DNA of 64,000 nucleotides from Ophelia neglecta (Eukaryota): positions 129,394,001 through 129,458,000 of the forward strand of contig OZ260661.1 of assembly GCA_965285935.1 (NCBI GenBank). Direction: 5' to 3'. Under the pieces are notes generated by a model that saw nothing but the letters and a program-made list of their open reading frames with translations, had not been told where the DNA came from and did no database searches. Of the stretch, positions 25,061-37,835 are shown piece by piece. Made by a program: the position numbers and the translations under genes. The stretch's first letter is position 1. Each line of letters begins with the position of its first letter.

Positions 25061-27509
25061 CCGTAATTCCGATTGGTTTGAGCTATATGTAAACAAGTAT
25101 CATATGATTATTATTTTTAAAAAAAAGATATCTAATTGCGCATCATTAATTTACTTGTTTCAGTGTTAGTAAGCCAAATTGGTGCAGACAATCTTGATAA
25201 TTACCTAGTTATGTTTTTTGAAGATCTAGATACACCAATACCCTAGCTATTCCATCTTAAATAACCACCTTTGTCTACTTTGCCGCAAATATCATAGTTC
25301 GATGTTCATAGAGCTATAGCGAAAGGACGAATGTGCGTTTCTTAAAAATGTCCCTTTGCCTGCATGGCATATGTTAGCTTAAAGCCGCAACATGTATGTT
25401 TTTTTTTGCTATCAATACTTACTGCATTTTTTACACAAATATACTGCACAGTGTGAACATGCTGGCCCTTTAGAACGTTTAAATCATATCCGTTCGTATT
25501 AAGAGTTTCAAGCAACATTTATTGGAACTTGGGTGAAACCCAACTTGAACATCACGCAAGAATGTTCAATCACAGAGCTGGAATGATCCCAATCTGATCC
25601 ATTGGCAAAAAGCCTCATTTTGTATGTGTTGGCGCAAAGGTTCCCTGTTCAATCTTTGTCGGTAAAAAGACTTACTTTCCGTCTGAGAGCTTCAATCTCA
25701 CTGGCTGCCGCCCATTTGACAATTTGAACTGTACGTGATTTCTGAAACTTGCCAGAAATGGCAAAATGAATCTCAAATTGAAGAATAATACAGCAGCGTC
25801 AAAGAAATGATTCAACAGCATGAACCTAATGGGAACGGAATAAGACACAGGTTTAAAATAATATATACATGAAATTGTAGTTCAATTTTCTGCGACAGAT
25901 TTGAACATGTTCTCGAGAATGTGGTAACGTAAATTCGGTAATCATTGGTTTGAATCCCATGTGAAGTATCTAAATGCTTACACCAGAAATAAAAAATAAA
26001 ACTTTACCGAATAAAGACCTTGGTCAGGGCTGTTTTACTGCGTCTTTTACAAGAAGAATGTAATCAGATAAATGTACATAAACTTACGTTGCGAATAAGC
26101 GACTAAAGTCAATATATGCTGGACAATAGAACAAAACAATATATAGTATTCCTAGCATCAGATAACTAGCATTTAATAATCCAGTATTAATTGCAAATAT
26201 TGAGCTGTATTCGTGTCCTTGGTCCACATGTAGGTTAAGTCAGAACGCTTGTTTTACTGTTTGGGGTGCATTGATTCATCGATTCTCATGTTTGTTCTTT
26301 TAAAGGACAATCCTCATTCAAAGCTAGTGTCCATCTCTCTTAACATGTGCTCCGTCTCATCTGTGTAAAGTGACAGTCGAGACTCTTCGAGACAGGAAAT
26401 AAGCTTCTTTACGTGTGAAACGTAGTGTTGAGATGGGTTGTAGGAGTATGCTGTTTTTATTTTTCCAGGACTGCGCCTACTGAGCGTTGATTATCTGCAG
26501 ACCAGTCCGTGTCACTGACGGCACCAGGGGGATTTCCTGAGTCTAGAGAGGTCGCTAATGCCTCTTGACAAGCAATGAATAACACATGAGTACATGCAGC
26601 ATTTAGTAGTCCCCCTGTTGTTTTAACAGATGCTGTAAAGCCAGAAGGGATAGCGTAAGACACAATCTGAGCAGTTATAAATGTCATATTTGTTTTTTTT
26701 TGCCCTTGCTTGGAGGCTATTCACCGAGCCAAATTGTGATAATCAAACCATAATTCAGTTATATTTGCTAGTAAGGAAGAATGATGGTAACACCAGAACA
26801 TTCTTATTGTGTGTACTATATTCGTTCACATAAATTGTTCCTTTTTGGTTATAATACTTCATTTGTTCCTTTTAAACACAATCAACTATATAGTTTGTTT
26901 TGTATAAAAACAAGTGAACGCTTCACGACTGAATTCAATCCTATTCCAGGCATAGAAATTGCCATTAATCCAACACACCCTACGCTGTATGCATGGAGTA
27001 TGATCGTCTGAGTTTTTTTTTGTGATTTCCTTGCTACCCAAACCAATCATTCAGTCGCCATAAATGTTTTACAATGCGTTTTATACAAAGCCACGAAGGT
27101 TATTTGAATCATGCTACCAGACTGAAGACTGATGTAATTTGTTTTTTTATGAGATCCAATACTTCATATAAAACTGAAATGCAACTAAGACGGCAATTTA
27201 AAATAGGATAGTTTTGCCAAAAGCTGTCCCACTACATAAAACATCAGTAGTTTATTTATCAAGGATTTTAATCATTCGACATATTAAGGGTAGTATGGTA
27301 AAAATTGTAAAAGCCGACTCATATATTCGTTTAGAAAGCCTTTATCTAGGAATAACATGAAGCTACTTTTAAAACAATAGTGTCGATATATGACAGCATT
27401 GAAAGAGAAAAAAAACATATTATAAATATACCAAGCCTTTAGCGAGATTAACATCGAATCAGGTGTGACTTTTCGCAATGTTTATTGCAAATAAGCTGTA
27501 TCATTGTAA

Positions 27510-27625
27510 GAGAGGCGGATACCCGGCGGACAAAGCCAAATCAGTCATCAAGAATAGTCCGAAATCATGGTGATTCAACAGCTACAGGCCCTCAAACATC
27601 AAAAGTCAATCTCCGACTCCCAACG
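27510..27625 (-). repeat. Diverged copy of the ~300-bp dispersed repeat
   Basis: ggatacccggcggacaaagccaaatcagtcatcaagaatagtcc is the reverse complement of the repeat core. Confidence 0.7.
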
Positions 27626-29038
27626 CTGTATGAATTGACAATGGCCACGTATGGTTATTTGAAGGATAAAGTCAGGTTATCGTATATTTATTGTATCGTG
27701 TGTTTGTGGCCAGGCAAGCATGGCTCATCACTATAAGGCATGTGGGAAGACATGGATTTGAACTGTTCCTAATTTGTCTGCCGAGTGTTCACTATTTTTT
27801 CATCGGCGTATTCTCCTTATTTGAAAATAATATTTATCAGGTGTTTGAACAAAGAGTGAATTATCAATGTTATATTGTTGCAGGTATCAACTGAACCTCC
27901 TTAAAAATGGGCATCGTCGTTACACATACTTGTCTGCAAATTTGCTTAGCTTTGGTTGTGCCCCTTTTAGTTCAATTGTTGCGGATAAGCAATTGATGAA
28001 ACCCGTCAAAGCACTTCTATACACTTGGATGAGTCTGGTATTTCCAATGCCATGTAATAACTATATATCTAGATTTTAGTCACTTGAAAGCGTCATGTAT
28101 CTAGATATGCACAGCCGAATAGAACATTCTATACATCAAACCAAGCATTGATGTCTAATTGTCACACGGGAGCCAGGCGGCTCATAACCAAATCCAATTT
28201 TCAGAATCATACAACTCCTAAATATATCATTTAATAAAGAAGAACTAAATAGAAAGGAAAGGGGACGAATAAATAGCACACTTTGGAAGTCTGCGTGACA
28301 GTTAACGGTACGCCTACAAGATCTATCCCTGTCTTGAGTAGGTATTATGTGTAATTGGGCGGAAATTATTCAGGTCGAGAACGAAATGGCTTGCCTGCAT
28401 AATTGCCGGCAAAGTTAGCCAACCTTCCTTCTCAGCATGAGCGCCTTTGCTTAGGCTAATATTTAGCCTATCCAAACCTCGTATGATGTAAAAGAACCAC
28501 CGCGCATAATTATGTAGTAAATAAACAACCAAAGCTAGAATTGTGTCAGCTACATAATATGTAAACATTCGATGCGTATCTGGTAGTAATCCTGTTCAGT
28601 GTTGGATATATGATCGAATAGATTCTTTATCTATTGTAAGGAATTGCTGGTTTTTGCTTTAACTGACTTTCGCTGATTGCCAAAAACAAGTCTTGTGAAA
28701 TGTCTGTTTTGGAGGTTATTGGAGTTAATCACGTGTGCCCTAACTGAGAACCATGATTTTTTTGCTCGGATGCAAGGTACAATGCGAGACGATGCTCCGG
28801 GTCGGAATCCAGATATATTCTAAGCACGTCACATTAAGGAGGGTAAGCATTAATTTGCTATCTTACAGTACCCACTTTAAATTTAGTGTGCCCTACATTT
28901 GGCGAGCAAATAATGAAATACATAAGCTACTGTCCACGATGAAATCGTCGCTATCATGATATTATTAAAAATCTTATTTTGCCGTACCAAATGACCAAGG
29001 TCATATCGACATGACATTGGTCCTTAAATAATGCATAA

Positions 29039-29216
29039 CAGTGGTCCCTGCGATGTAGGGCCCCTCCAATGAAGGGCCACCTGCGATGGCAGGCCACTCT
29101 TTGAATTCCCATGTCCTATCTTTACCATGATAAAGTACCTCCAGTGAAGGGCCACCTGCAATGTAGGGCCACTTTGCCTTGGATATATGGGTGGCCCTTC
29201 ATCGCAGGGACCACTG
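29039..29216. mobile_element. MITE family B (178 bp), CAGT...ACTG ends
   Basis: TIR CAGTGGTCCCTGCGATG(T/A)AGGGCC at both ends; TA on the right flank; internal ~18-bp subrepeats cct(g/c)c(a/g)atg(t/a)agggccac. Confidence 0.9.
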
Positions 29217-31249
29217 TACTGTGAATTTCTGCGGAAGGTAGTGCCACCTACGGTAACCGTTAGCAAAACAGTAACCTTCACTTATCGCATTAGTTTGGGA
29301 TTTTTGTAATTATCTCGAAAATCGGGGAAATTTACATATTTCGAAATGGACTGGTTAACGTAATCGCATACGCGCATTTATATCCCAAGATCAATTCAAA
29401 TTATCAGGCCTGACACCCAAGACCAACCGTATTAAGCACGTCTTATCAAACTTTCCGGTTTAATATTATATTTTGCCAATTACTTCATCGGTGGATTCAA
29501 GCTTCCCGGTGCAAATTCGGGCAGTTGTTGTTTGTATTATCGACTAGACGCTCATGCAGTGAAAAATGTTATACAAAAAGACATGGGTACGTACATTGCT
29601 GTCTTATTGAATAGTTTATTTCTACTTCAACTAAAGGTCTCCTATTATTGATCACCAGAGCTTTACCCGTAGGATTGGCAAAAAAATCCTCCAATCAGGG
29701 TAGGCCATCATAATATTTGGAACCTTTAAGTATCGATTTCTAATTGTGATGCAGCCAGACCGGTAACATAATACCAATCCCATAATATATAGTGTGCAAA
29801 ATGGACGGAATTGAAGCACGTGTGTGGCTAAAGTGCAGACAGTCCCAGACAGACAGCTTAGCTGTTAAGCGCCCGTCTCGGAAAGCAAACCGGTCCGCTT
29901 AACGCCGTGAATCCAGACTTTATCATTCTGATTGAAGGTTGTTATATATATTTTTTGTCTATGTCATTGAAGCCAATCTATTGTACGAAAACTTTGGTAT
30001 GGATTTGCACGAAACGAGTCTAAATGCGAATAATCAATTGAGGGACTAATCAATTGGGTGACTAGAGTCATCAAGTCTAAGGGGTAGTAATATTTGTTTA
30101 AATTCAAAACCAGGGGCTATTGCTGCAATTAAAACACATTAACTATAAGAAAAATGTATAAGAAGTGGTCCTGCAACAAAATTTATCTGACAAAGACCGG
30201 CGAACTACGGAATCACATTTTAAGGACCTTGCAGTTGTTGCAGCGATTTACGAATAAATAACTTCACATAAATGAAACCGTATTACATATTCGATATTCA
30301 TATGCACACGAATAATAGACCTAGAAATATTGTGTGTTTAGGATGAGGCGAGGGACGGGGGGGGGGGGGGGGGAGACTATGGGGTTGGGTTGGAAGTGAT
30401 GACTAAATGTGCTCACCTACTTTCTACACATAAGCGTCACTAAAACGCCATTAGAGAATGTCAGATTTGCCTTTTTCTACTCACGTTTACGTCACTGACA
30501 ATGAAGATCCACAAAGGTCTTCTTGATTTAAATACTCAGATTTGGATTTATACACATTTTGTTCAACTGCGAATTGACAAAAGTTATTCTTCTTAGCTTA
30601 CTATAGGAGGGAACTTTGTAAAGCTACAGTATTTTCTGCAGCTTAATAGTGTTAGTATAATCATTATTTTGATAAAGGATGGAACTTTCTTCCTCACCAT
30701 GCGACATTAAAAAAAAAAAGATTATAAGATTAATAAAATGATAGACTGTTGTCACTGTGTGACAGTTTTACGACAGTTTATTTATTAAGAAAACAAAACA
30801 AATTTCCTTGAACACGTTTCTCTATAGAAATGCGTTTTACATTTTCGTTATATTAACCAACATAATTTTAAGAATTTAGACTTATATAAAACCTTAACAT
30901 TTCAGTCAATAAAATCGAGAACAAAACTACCGTATAATCTCTCAATAATATCTCAATCTTATCATTATAATTTTGTATGAAACTTTAAAATAGCAACATA
31001 GGATCATAGCCAGTGAGGCGCTTGAAGGAATTCCCAAACTAATGCTTTTGTCATTACATGACGTGAAACGCATTTTAAACAATTTTTAGATTGGAATAAA
31101 GTCAATGTATCGATTGTCCCGTCCAACTTCTTTCATTTTGAATGCGACATCAGGAATGATAGATCTTTCTAATTTTGTTTATCGTTACTGTGAAAGTCGC
31201 ATTCGACTAACACTTTTCTTTTTAGATGTGTCTTTGTCATAGACGAGGA

Positions 31250-31900
31250 AACTGTTTGCGGATAGATAATATTTACAAATCTACACTGTAAGGAGAATTT
31301 TCACACGGAAATTCTTTGACCATTTAGGTGCTTACGAAAACTATTTCGTTATAACTAATTACTAGCCATTCAACATGATACAAATTGAAGAGTAAAGGTC
31401 GTATATCGTAATGTTTGAAGCAAATGTGTATTGACATCGCCATCAGAGATACCAAACCAAAATATGACAGCATGTGTTCTTGTTTACATGACTGATGTGC
31501 TGCATGGTCGAGTGAAGGTTTGTGGGACACATTATTTACTAAATAATGCCTATGCAAAACTAAGAATTGGCCCAGGCGCTGGAAAGGCCTATTTACACGC
31601 TTTGTCGGAAAACGGTTGTAGTATTTTTACAAAAGGCAAGGCTAAAACTTTTATAATGGTATTCAGAAACCGCTACGCTCGATAATCTGAATAATGCACA
31701 AAGTGAGGTTCAAACAATGTTCGCAAAGACAAACATTTGCTCATTCTCGGGAGTGAATAATGCTTTATATGTAGGTCACATTAATATTATATCAGGATTT
31801 GTACAGACTATTTTTATGATCATGAAATATCCTTTTGTTAGTACATACATAAAAAAGGGATGCCTGCAGATTTAACAAACGCTTACTAAATAACTTATCT
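31250..31900 (+). mobile_element. Probable Academ (XPG-nuclease-type) DNA transposon remnant
   Basis: VYMTDV..AKLRIGPGAGKAYLHALSENGCSIFTKGKAKTF resembles DTDV..LG...C.AL..FHALSGCD.S.F.GKGK.T; decayed. Confidence 0.45.
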
Positions 31901-34900
31901 AACTGTCGGACGCCTTTCAGACGAAATTAACCTTAACAAGCAGTGTGGTAAAAATGCATACTAACTAACTTATAGTTATTTTCGTATTTAACACTTAACG
32001 GAACGGGAACAAAGGCCTACTCTGTTCTAGGATAACCCATGGCCTCAAATCAATTCGATGATGTATTGATACATATTGCAGCTGATTCTGATGATTTTGG
32101 ACCGATTAATAGATTTCCAGATTAAATATTTGGTTTTATCGGCCGGGATTTCACAACCTTATTTATGTACTGCTGACGACTATCTATCGTTGCAACTTTT
32201 ATCATAAAAGCTATTTTTTAAATATCAAAACATGTTACTATGGAATTTTGTTGTAATGTAAACTGGAAATGTTATTGTGAGAATCTGCGGTTAATGAACC
32301 CTCATGAATTCAGGCCAATTTATTTCCCGGAATATGAAATAAAGCATCCATACAAACAAATAGTATATATTAGATCTACTGTTAAACAGTAAATTTTCAG
32401 GAGCAGGATAATTTGGCGATCCGTATTTCACCATATATATTCGACATGAACTAACCCATGAAATAACCCATGAAATTCCGTCTCCACGTCCTCCGTAAAG
32501 ACAGAATGCAGAATGAATTCTTGTTTGAAAGGAAATTGAAAGATCGACGTATGCTCTTTACATCCGACGTTGCGCGGCGAGTAAAATCTTGAGAGAGGTA
32601 CGGTTTTCCTTCATCAGGGGACCCATCCTCGCAAACATATTTCTTGTCCACTGAATTTATTTAGCTGGCCTTATAGCCGTACAAGTCAAACATGGTAATC
32701 TGACTGACGACAACCACCTTTTCGTGGCTGCTGGCCAGATGGCCACACAAGTTTAACATCATTAACTGGTTGACGACAATCAGCTTGTCCTGGCTTTAAT
32801 TCAGGTTCATTTAGATATTGATTTAATTAACTAACACACGCACTACCAAGTGTCAAACCATCCGAGCGTATCTATTAATTGTGTGGTGACCACGATAGAA
32901 ATTTCACCTAATCACTGGTACACATATGGGAAAGTTGCGTTAAAAAGCAAAATGAAGCCACAGGATGTTTGCCAAAGTCTAAGTATCGATCCCGTTCGAT
33001 TAGGACACACAGCTGATTAAACATTCTACTTTGACCAAGCCTCGTAAACTAAACACATATATAGGTAGACAGCTGTCCCCTTGCTAGAATGAGTTTAACC
33101 AATGTTAGGCAATGTAAACGTAAATCCTATCTAAATGCGTGTATAATGTTATGGATTGTGTTCTTAGGGACCTGATTTACAGCACAATTCAGGGGGTTTC
33201 TAAAATGAAACGACTTGCCTACCTTATTGCATCGAGCGTTATTTTGTTGACACTGCTTGTAAATTGGCGTGAGCGCGCTATCTTTTGCCTGGCTTTAGAA
33301 CTTTGAGGGATTACTTGTTTGCTTGAATAAAAATTTATTGCTCAAAAGAACAGTAATCTCCAGGAACAAACACTGGGTGTCTATTTGCAATGCAAATGCC
33401 ATTAACAATGAACGGTTGATGATAAAACGCAGGAGCTTGTTTAAATGGATCGATTTTAGTACAAAAGCATCTAATCGTGTAAATATTAGAATAAGAATGG
33501 TGGTAGAATAATGCTAAACTCGCCTTTAACATCACCAATGTCTCTATCACTGGACATGGTCATTCAGATAAAATTGTTTCGAAAGAAAGATGGTCAACAA
33601 AACTTTGAGATAACCATCTTAATTCTATTTAACCTAGCCTTTTATTATTTTAATTAAAAGCAACTCTATAAAAAATGCACGTTCACAGTAGGCTGTGAAG
33701 CTGTACTATCAGTTTAGATATCATAGTTTTCATCCCAAAGACAGGCATTCGAGGGCAATCAACTGTTTATCTAATAAGACTTTACGATAGTAAAGAACTG
33801 ATTAAAAACTTACAGAGCTATTATTATGCTTATCATAATGCAGTTCCTTTTAAGGTTATTTAGCGAAAGACATTTAACGAGTTTTGTTCTTAAAAAATTG
33901 GGAACATCGCTTTTCTATGATGAGCAAAATCTTTTTTGAATGTAGGTGCGTGTTTATGCATGTGATTTCTTCTATTAAAGCTAACTATTAAAGCTAAAAA
34001 TATCTATTATAGCTGGGAATGCTTTGGTGCTGTTGCTGGTTCTCGATGACTTGGGACAGAAGATATGATAATCACTGCATATGTTTGTTTTTTTTTCTCC
34101 CGGTTATACACCCTCTTGTTTGCTTAATGCTATCCCTCCCCCAGGTTGGACTTTCCCTTATTCAGTGGGGGAAGAACGACATTTGAAAGACTTTACGTGT
34201 CTATCTCTGTCAAATTTAGTAGGATATGGAGGAAAACATAGAGACAAATTACTTGGAACCCGAATCATTGTACCTATAGTCTCACGAGAACGCAGAACTC
34301 GGTGGCCAAGACAAATCCACCGCAAGTCTTGGAGATCTGTTTAGGACAGTTTACCTGAAACTATCCTGAAAACGCTCAAGCTATAGCACCTCATGATTTT
34401 TGTAGCAAGTTCAACGTTTACTGTTGATAACATAATATTCATGTGTCGTACCCATTTGGTTTCAGGAGAATCTGTACATTGAACACATATGCATAAGTGA
34501 TGTCCTTCAACAAAACATGTTATTGTCATGTTGGTTTAACCATACTACTTGGGATAAATTGAAATTGAATATCTTGGGGATTAGTCTGCATTTAATATAA
34601 ATAGTATACTCGGATTTTTGGTAAATGTATGAGAATTATATAAAGAACCGTAAATAAAACCAGGATAACGTCGGGAAATATTGAAAGCGACGTGCATCAT
34701 GCGTTATACAATATCGTCAGTTAATGATATAGTTACCTACAAAAATAAAGACGGCTGACGCTATATCATTTTAACATGCTTAACGCATTCTCGAGAAAGG
34801 AAAGAATGCCACGTTGTCACAAGGCCATACCTACTAAAACAGGTGTTACTGAAATATGTAATTTAGACTGCCATTTTATCCATTATATAGGTCAGTTAAA

Positions 34901-35514
34901 AAATCGAAAGTAGTTCGACAGAATTCTAATAATGATATGAACGATTTTATGTGAGCTTATCAAAAATCAATAATGATTATGGTTACTTTAAAGATACTTT
35001 TACATCAGAACTGAAAGATATCATGGCTTTGCGAAAACATAACTAGGTTCACATATGTTACATTAAGGATTGAGTTTCCCGTTTGTCTATGTCTTACGTT
35101 TAGATTTACATTTTTTCCGCAGGATTGCCCTTCTGTCCTGTGCCGCCTCCTAAAAAGACGGTCGTAGGCGTATTAATCGTGTAAGGTAACAGACAACCAT
35201 ACTATGCTCTTGGGCAAATTCTGATAATTAAGGACAGACACCGGTCGGATTTCAGCATGCGCTGCTCTTCCCGAGATCTTCCGGCCATTTTCCTCTGATC
35301 ATGAACTATTTGGGCCTACTTGGCATCAATTTGTATTGAAATTGTACTCGTCTCCTGTCGTGCTTTGCAATCAAGACCTGTTAGTATCCCCCAGCGAGAG
35401 TAACAACATTTTCTAAAACCAATGGGTCTTCATATGCACAGTTAACAGTTAGGAACAGTTAGAAAGGCCACAGAAGTTACATACATAGATGGACTTGTTC
35501 CGAGTTTTAAAAAA

Positions 35515-35572
35515 ATTGGTAGGGGGGGGGGGGGGCAGGCCCCCTGGGTCCCTCCCCCTGGATCCGCCCCTG
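35515..35572. mobile_element. Solo terminus of a CAGGGGCGGATCC-type (hAT-like) MITE
   Basis: A poly-G run followed by CCCCCTGGATCCGCCCCTG; no partner TIR found nearby. Confidence 0.55.
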
Positions 35573-37519
35573 GAGTATAGATGATTACTTTCTATTGACA
35601 AAAAATACTTGAGCCAATATATTAGTGAAATTTATCCAAAATATATTGAACTTAAACATATTGTTGATATCCATAATATATCTTTATACATTTTTCTTCG
35701 GGGACAAATTAAGCCTTTAAGATTTTTTTCACAGCCCTTTTGTCCAAAATACTGTTCCAGGATGATGAACTATGCAGATAAAAACGTGCATTTTACATGT
35801 AAAAATTCACGAACCAAACGTCCACAAATTTATTCGAGTATAAACACGCTTTGAAGATTCGCATAAACCACTCCAACAGGCTGAAGTAAAGTTAATGTAC
35901 AATCAACCTGTCTATTTAGGACTATTCATGTCGGTCCCAGCTACGGAGTAAATGACTGCAATGGTCTTGAGATATCTGTTCCGCTCATCCTAGACCTAGG
36001 CGCCATGGTATTTGTTTCATACTGATATATCATCATTTGTTGCAGATGCACTTTTTCCAAATAAAAGCGTGACTGGTTTACTTCATACAGTTATCATCAT
36101 GTAGCACTCATGGAGATTTGATACTTTTTTCCTCTTTATTATCAGAGAGCTTTTGCACCCCTCTTTGGTCTTGAGTTTTTCTTGGAGACAATTTCAAAAA
36201 TTTAAAATTGAACTAGAGCTTAGACCATAATGGAATTTAATGGGACATATTTCTAATCTGTCCTATGTTGTCCAGTGACTCGTTTCATTTGTACTCTAAC
36301 AAGCATCATCGCAAACCGATTAACTAGATTACTGTTGACTAATGATTTTGTTTTGTTTGTCTTTGGGGATTCTATGCGACTGCTTATATGCATGTATAAG
36401 GTATTCTGTTATGCAGAACAATGTCAACATGGTAAAGGCTATCATACAGCTCTAAGAAATCATTAGTTTTATATTTGTGCCATTGATATGAAATACATGA
36501 ATATTTGTGGAGATTTTCCTATTGAATGTTAAACGAATTCAGGAGCCATCGACTTCTATGCAGGTGGATGCTTGACAGTATGCCAAAAGAAGGACTACCT
36601 TGTTGGAATGGTCTCTGAGGAAATTAACATCAGTGTATAAGACATGCTTCTTTCAACCCCTTGTCAGAACAGTGCAGCTTTTGTGCTTCTCTCTAGAGTG
36701 TGAAACCTTTTTATATGTATTTATGGTCCCCTTTTCTGCTTTCACTCCCCCAGCCTTAGACACCCGGATGAGACATAAATCGGAAAATTGGCTTCTTCTC
36801 TGATGGAGTGTGAGTTAAACCATTTTAGAACCTATCCGTTGCCAGGATACCTCACCTGATCACATGCTTAACGGCCGTCCTTTCTCCCTTGTATGGGCAA
36901 TCCATTTCGGCGTCGGTCATTGTTCAGCAGCCAAATGCATATGAAATCACTAGCTTTTAGTTAAGCTCTGACAATTTGGAAATGGTGTTACAAATAAATC
37001 TACCATATGTAGATGGCATTAGCAGTTGGATTCCACACGAATGTCTATTCCCTTGGTATGTATTGGCATAATAGTATATACTAAGCAAAACTCTAGCAAA
37101 TTACGACTCCAGATAAATCGTTTTTATCAGAGTATCACTATAATTAGATTTTTCAAGTTTGTATTATCTGTAAAGATCAACGGAATAATGCTTGTTTGGC
37201 CTAAGTAAAAATATCATTCGTTCTGGCTATAATGCCATTTAGATAGGAGATGTGTTTGATTGGACAGTAGATATTCCGTGGCTATTTCCATTATGCAATA
37301 CTTAGTATAACCTTTAATTATCCATATCAACTTGTCATTTCTCTAGGCGAAATATTTATCTTTAACTGTGTATTCTGAGTCCTGCTAAAGAAATGCATCG
37401 TTCCACTTTTTTTTTTGACTAGTGATTCAGGCAAATGCATTCTTTGATCCCTGAATATATCCGGTTTTTGCTAATTAAGAGGTAAAGAGAGCTATCCCTA
37501 TATCTATATCGTGTAAAGC

Positions 37520-37835
37520 TGTTTGGGTTTTGCGTGGCTTTCAACACTTAAATGGTCATATCGCCACGGTGCCTACTTGTGACAGTGGGCCTAATGCCCT
37601 CTTTAGAGTGCTGCCGCACTGAAGTATCTGCCGTAGACACCAGACAGGGAAGCCCACCCAGTCACATTATACTGACAGCGGGTTGACCAGTCCTGATACT
37701 ACCCCCGAGATACCGGGCTCCTGGCAGGGGAGCTATCAGTACCTATTTTTACGTCTTGCGTTTTAAGCGATCGGGATTCGAACCCCGATCCAAGACTTGC
37801 GAGGCGGACACCCTAACCACTCGGCCACGCTTTGG
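37520..37835 (-). mobile_element. Near full-length tRNA-derived SINE with a Meta-type central domain
   Basis: Minus strand shows A box TGGCCGAGTGG and B box GGTTCGAATCCC, a central GGACTGGTCAACCCGCTGTCAGTATAATGTGACTGGGTGGG..TTCAGTGCGGCAGCACT resembling the MetaSINE domain, and an A/C-rich tail AAAACCCAAACA. Confidence 0.88.

Noticed and set aside
28323-28450. LINE RT fragment (DLNNFRPIT, minus)
   Set aside because: One motif only; plausible but not enough to call.
29690-29910. Helentron-associated (HINE) element: short GACA repeat plus 8-bp hairpin
   Set aside because: The microsatellite is very short and no subterminal inverted repeats were identifiable.
37760-37830. tRNA gene
   Set aside because: A and B boxes are present, but the sequence continues into a SINE body and tail, so it is a SINE head.
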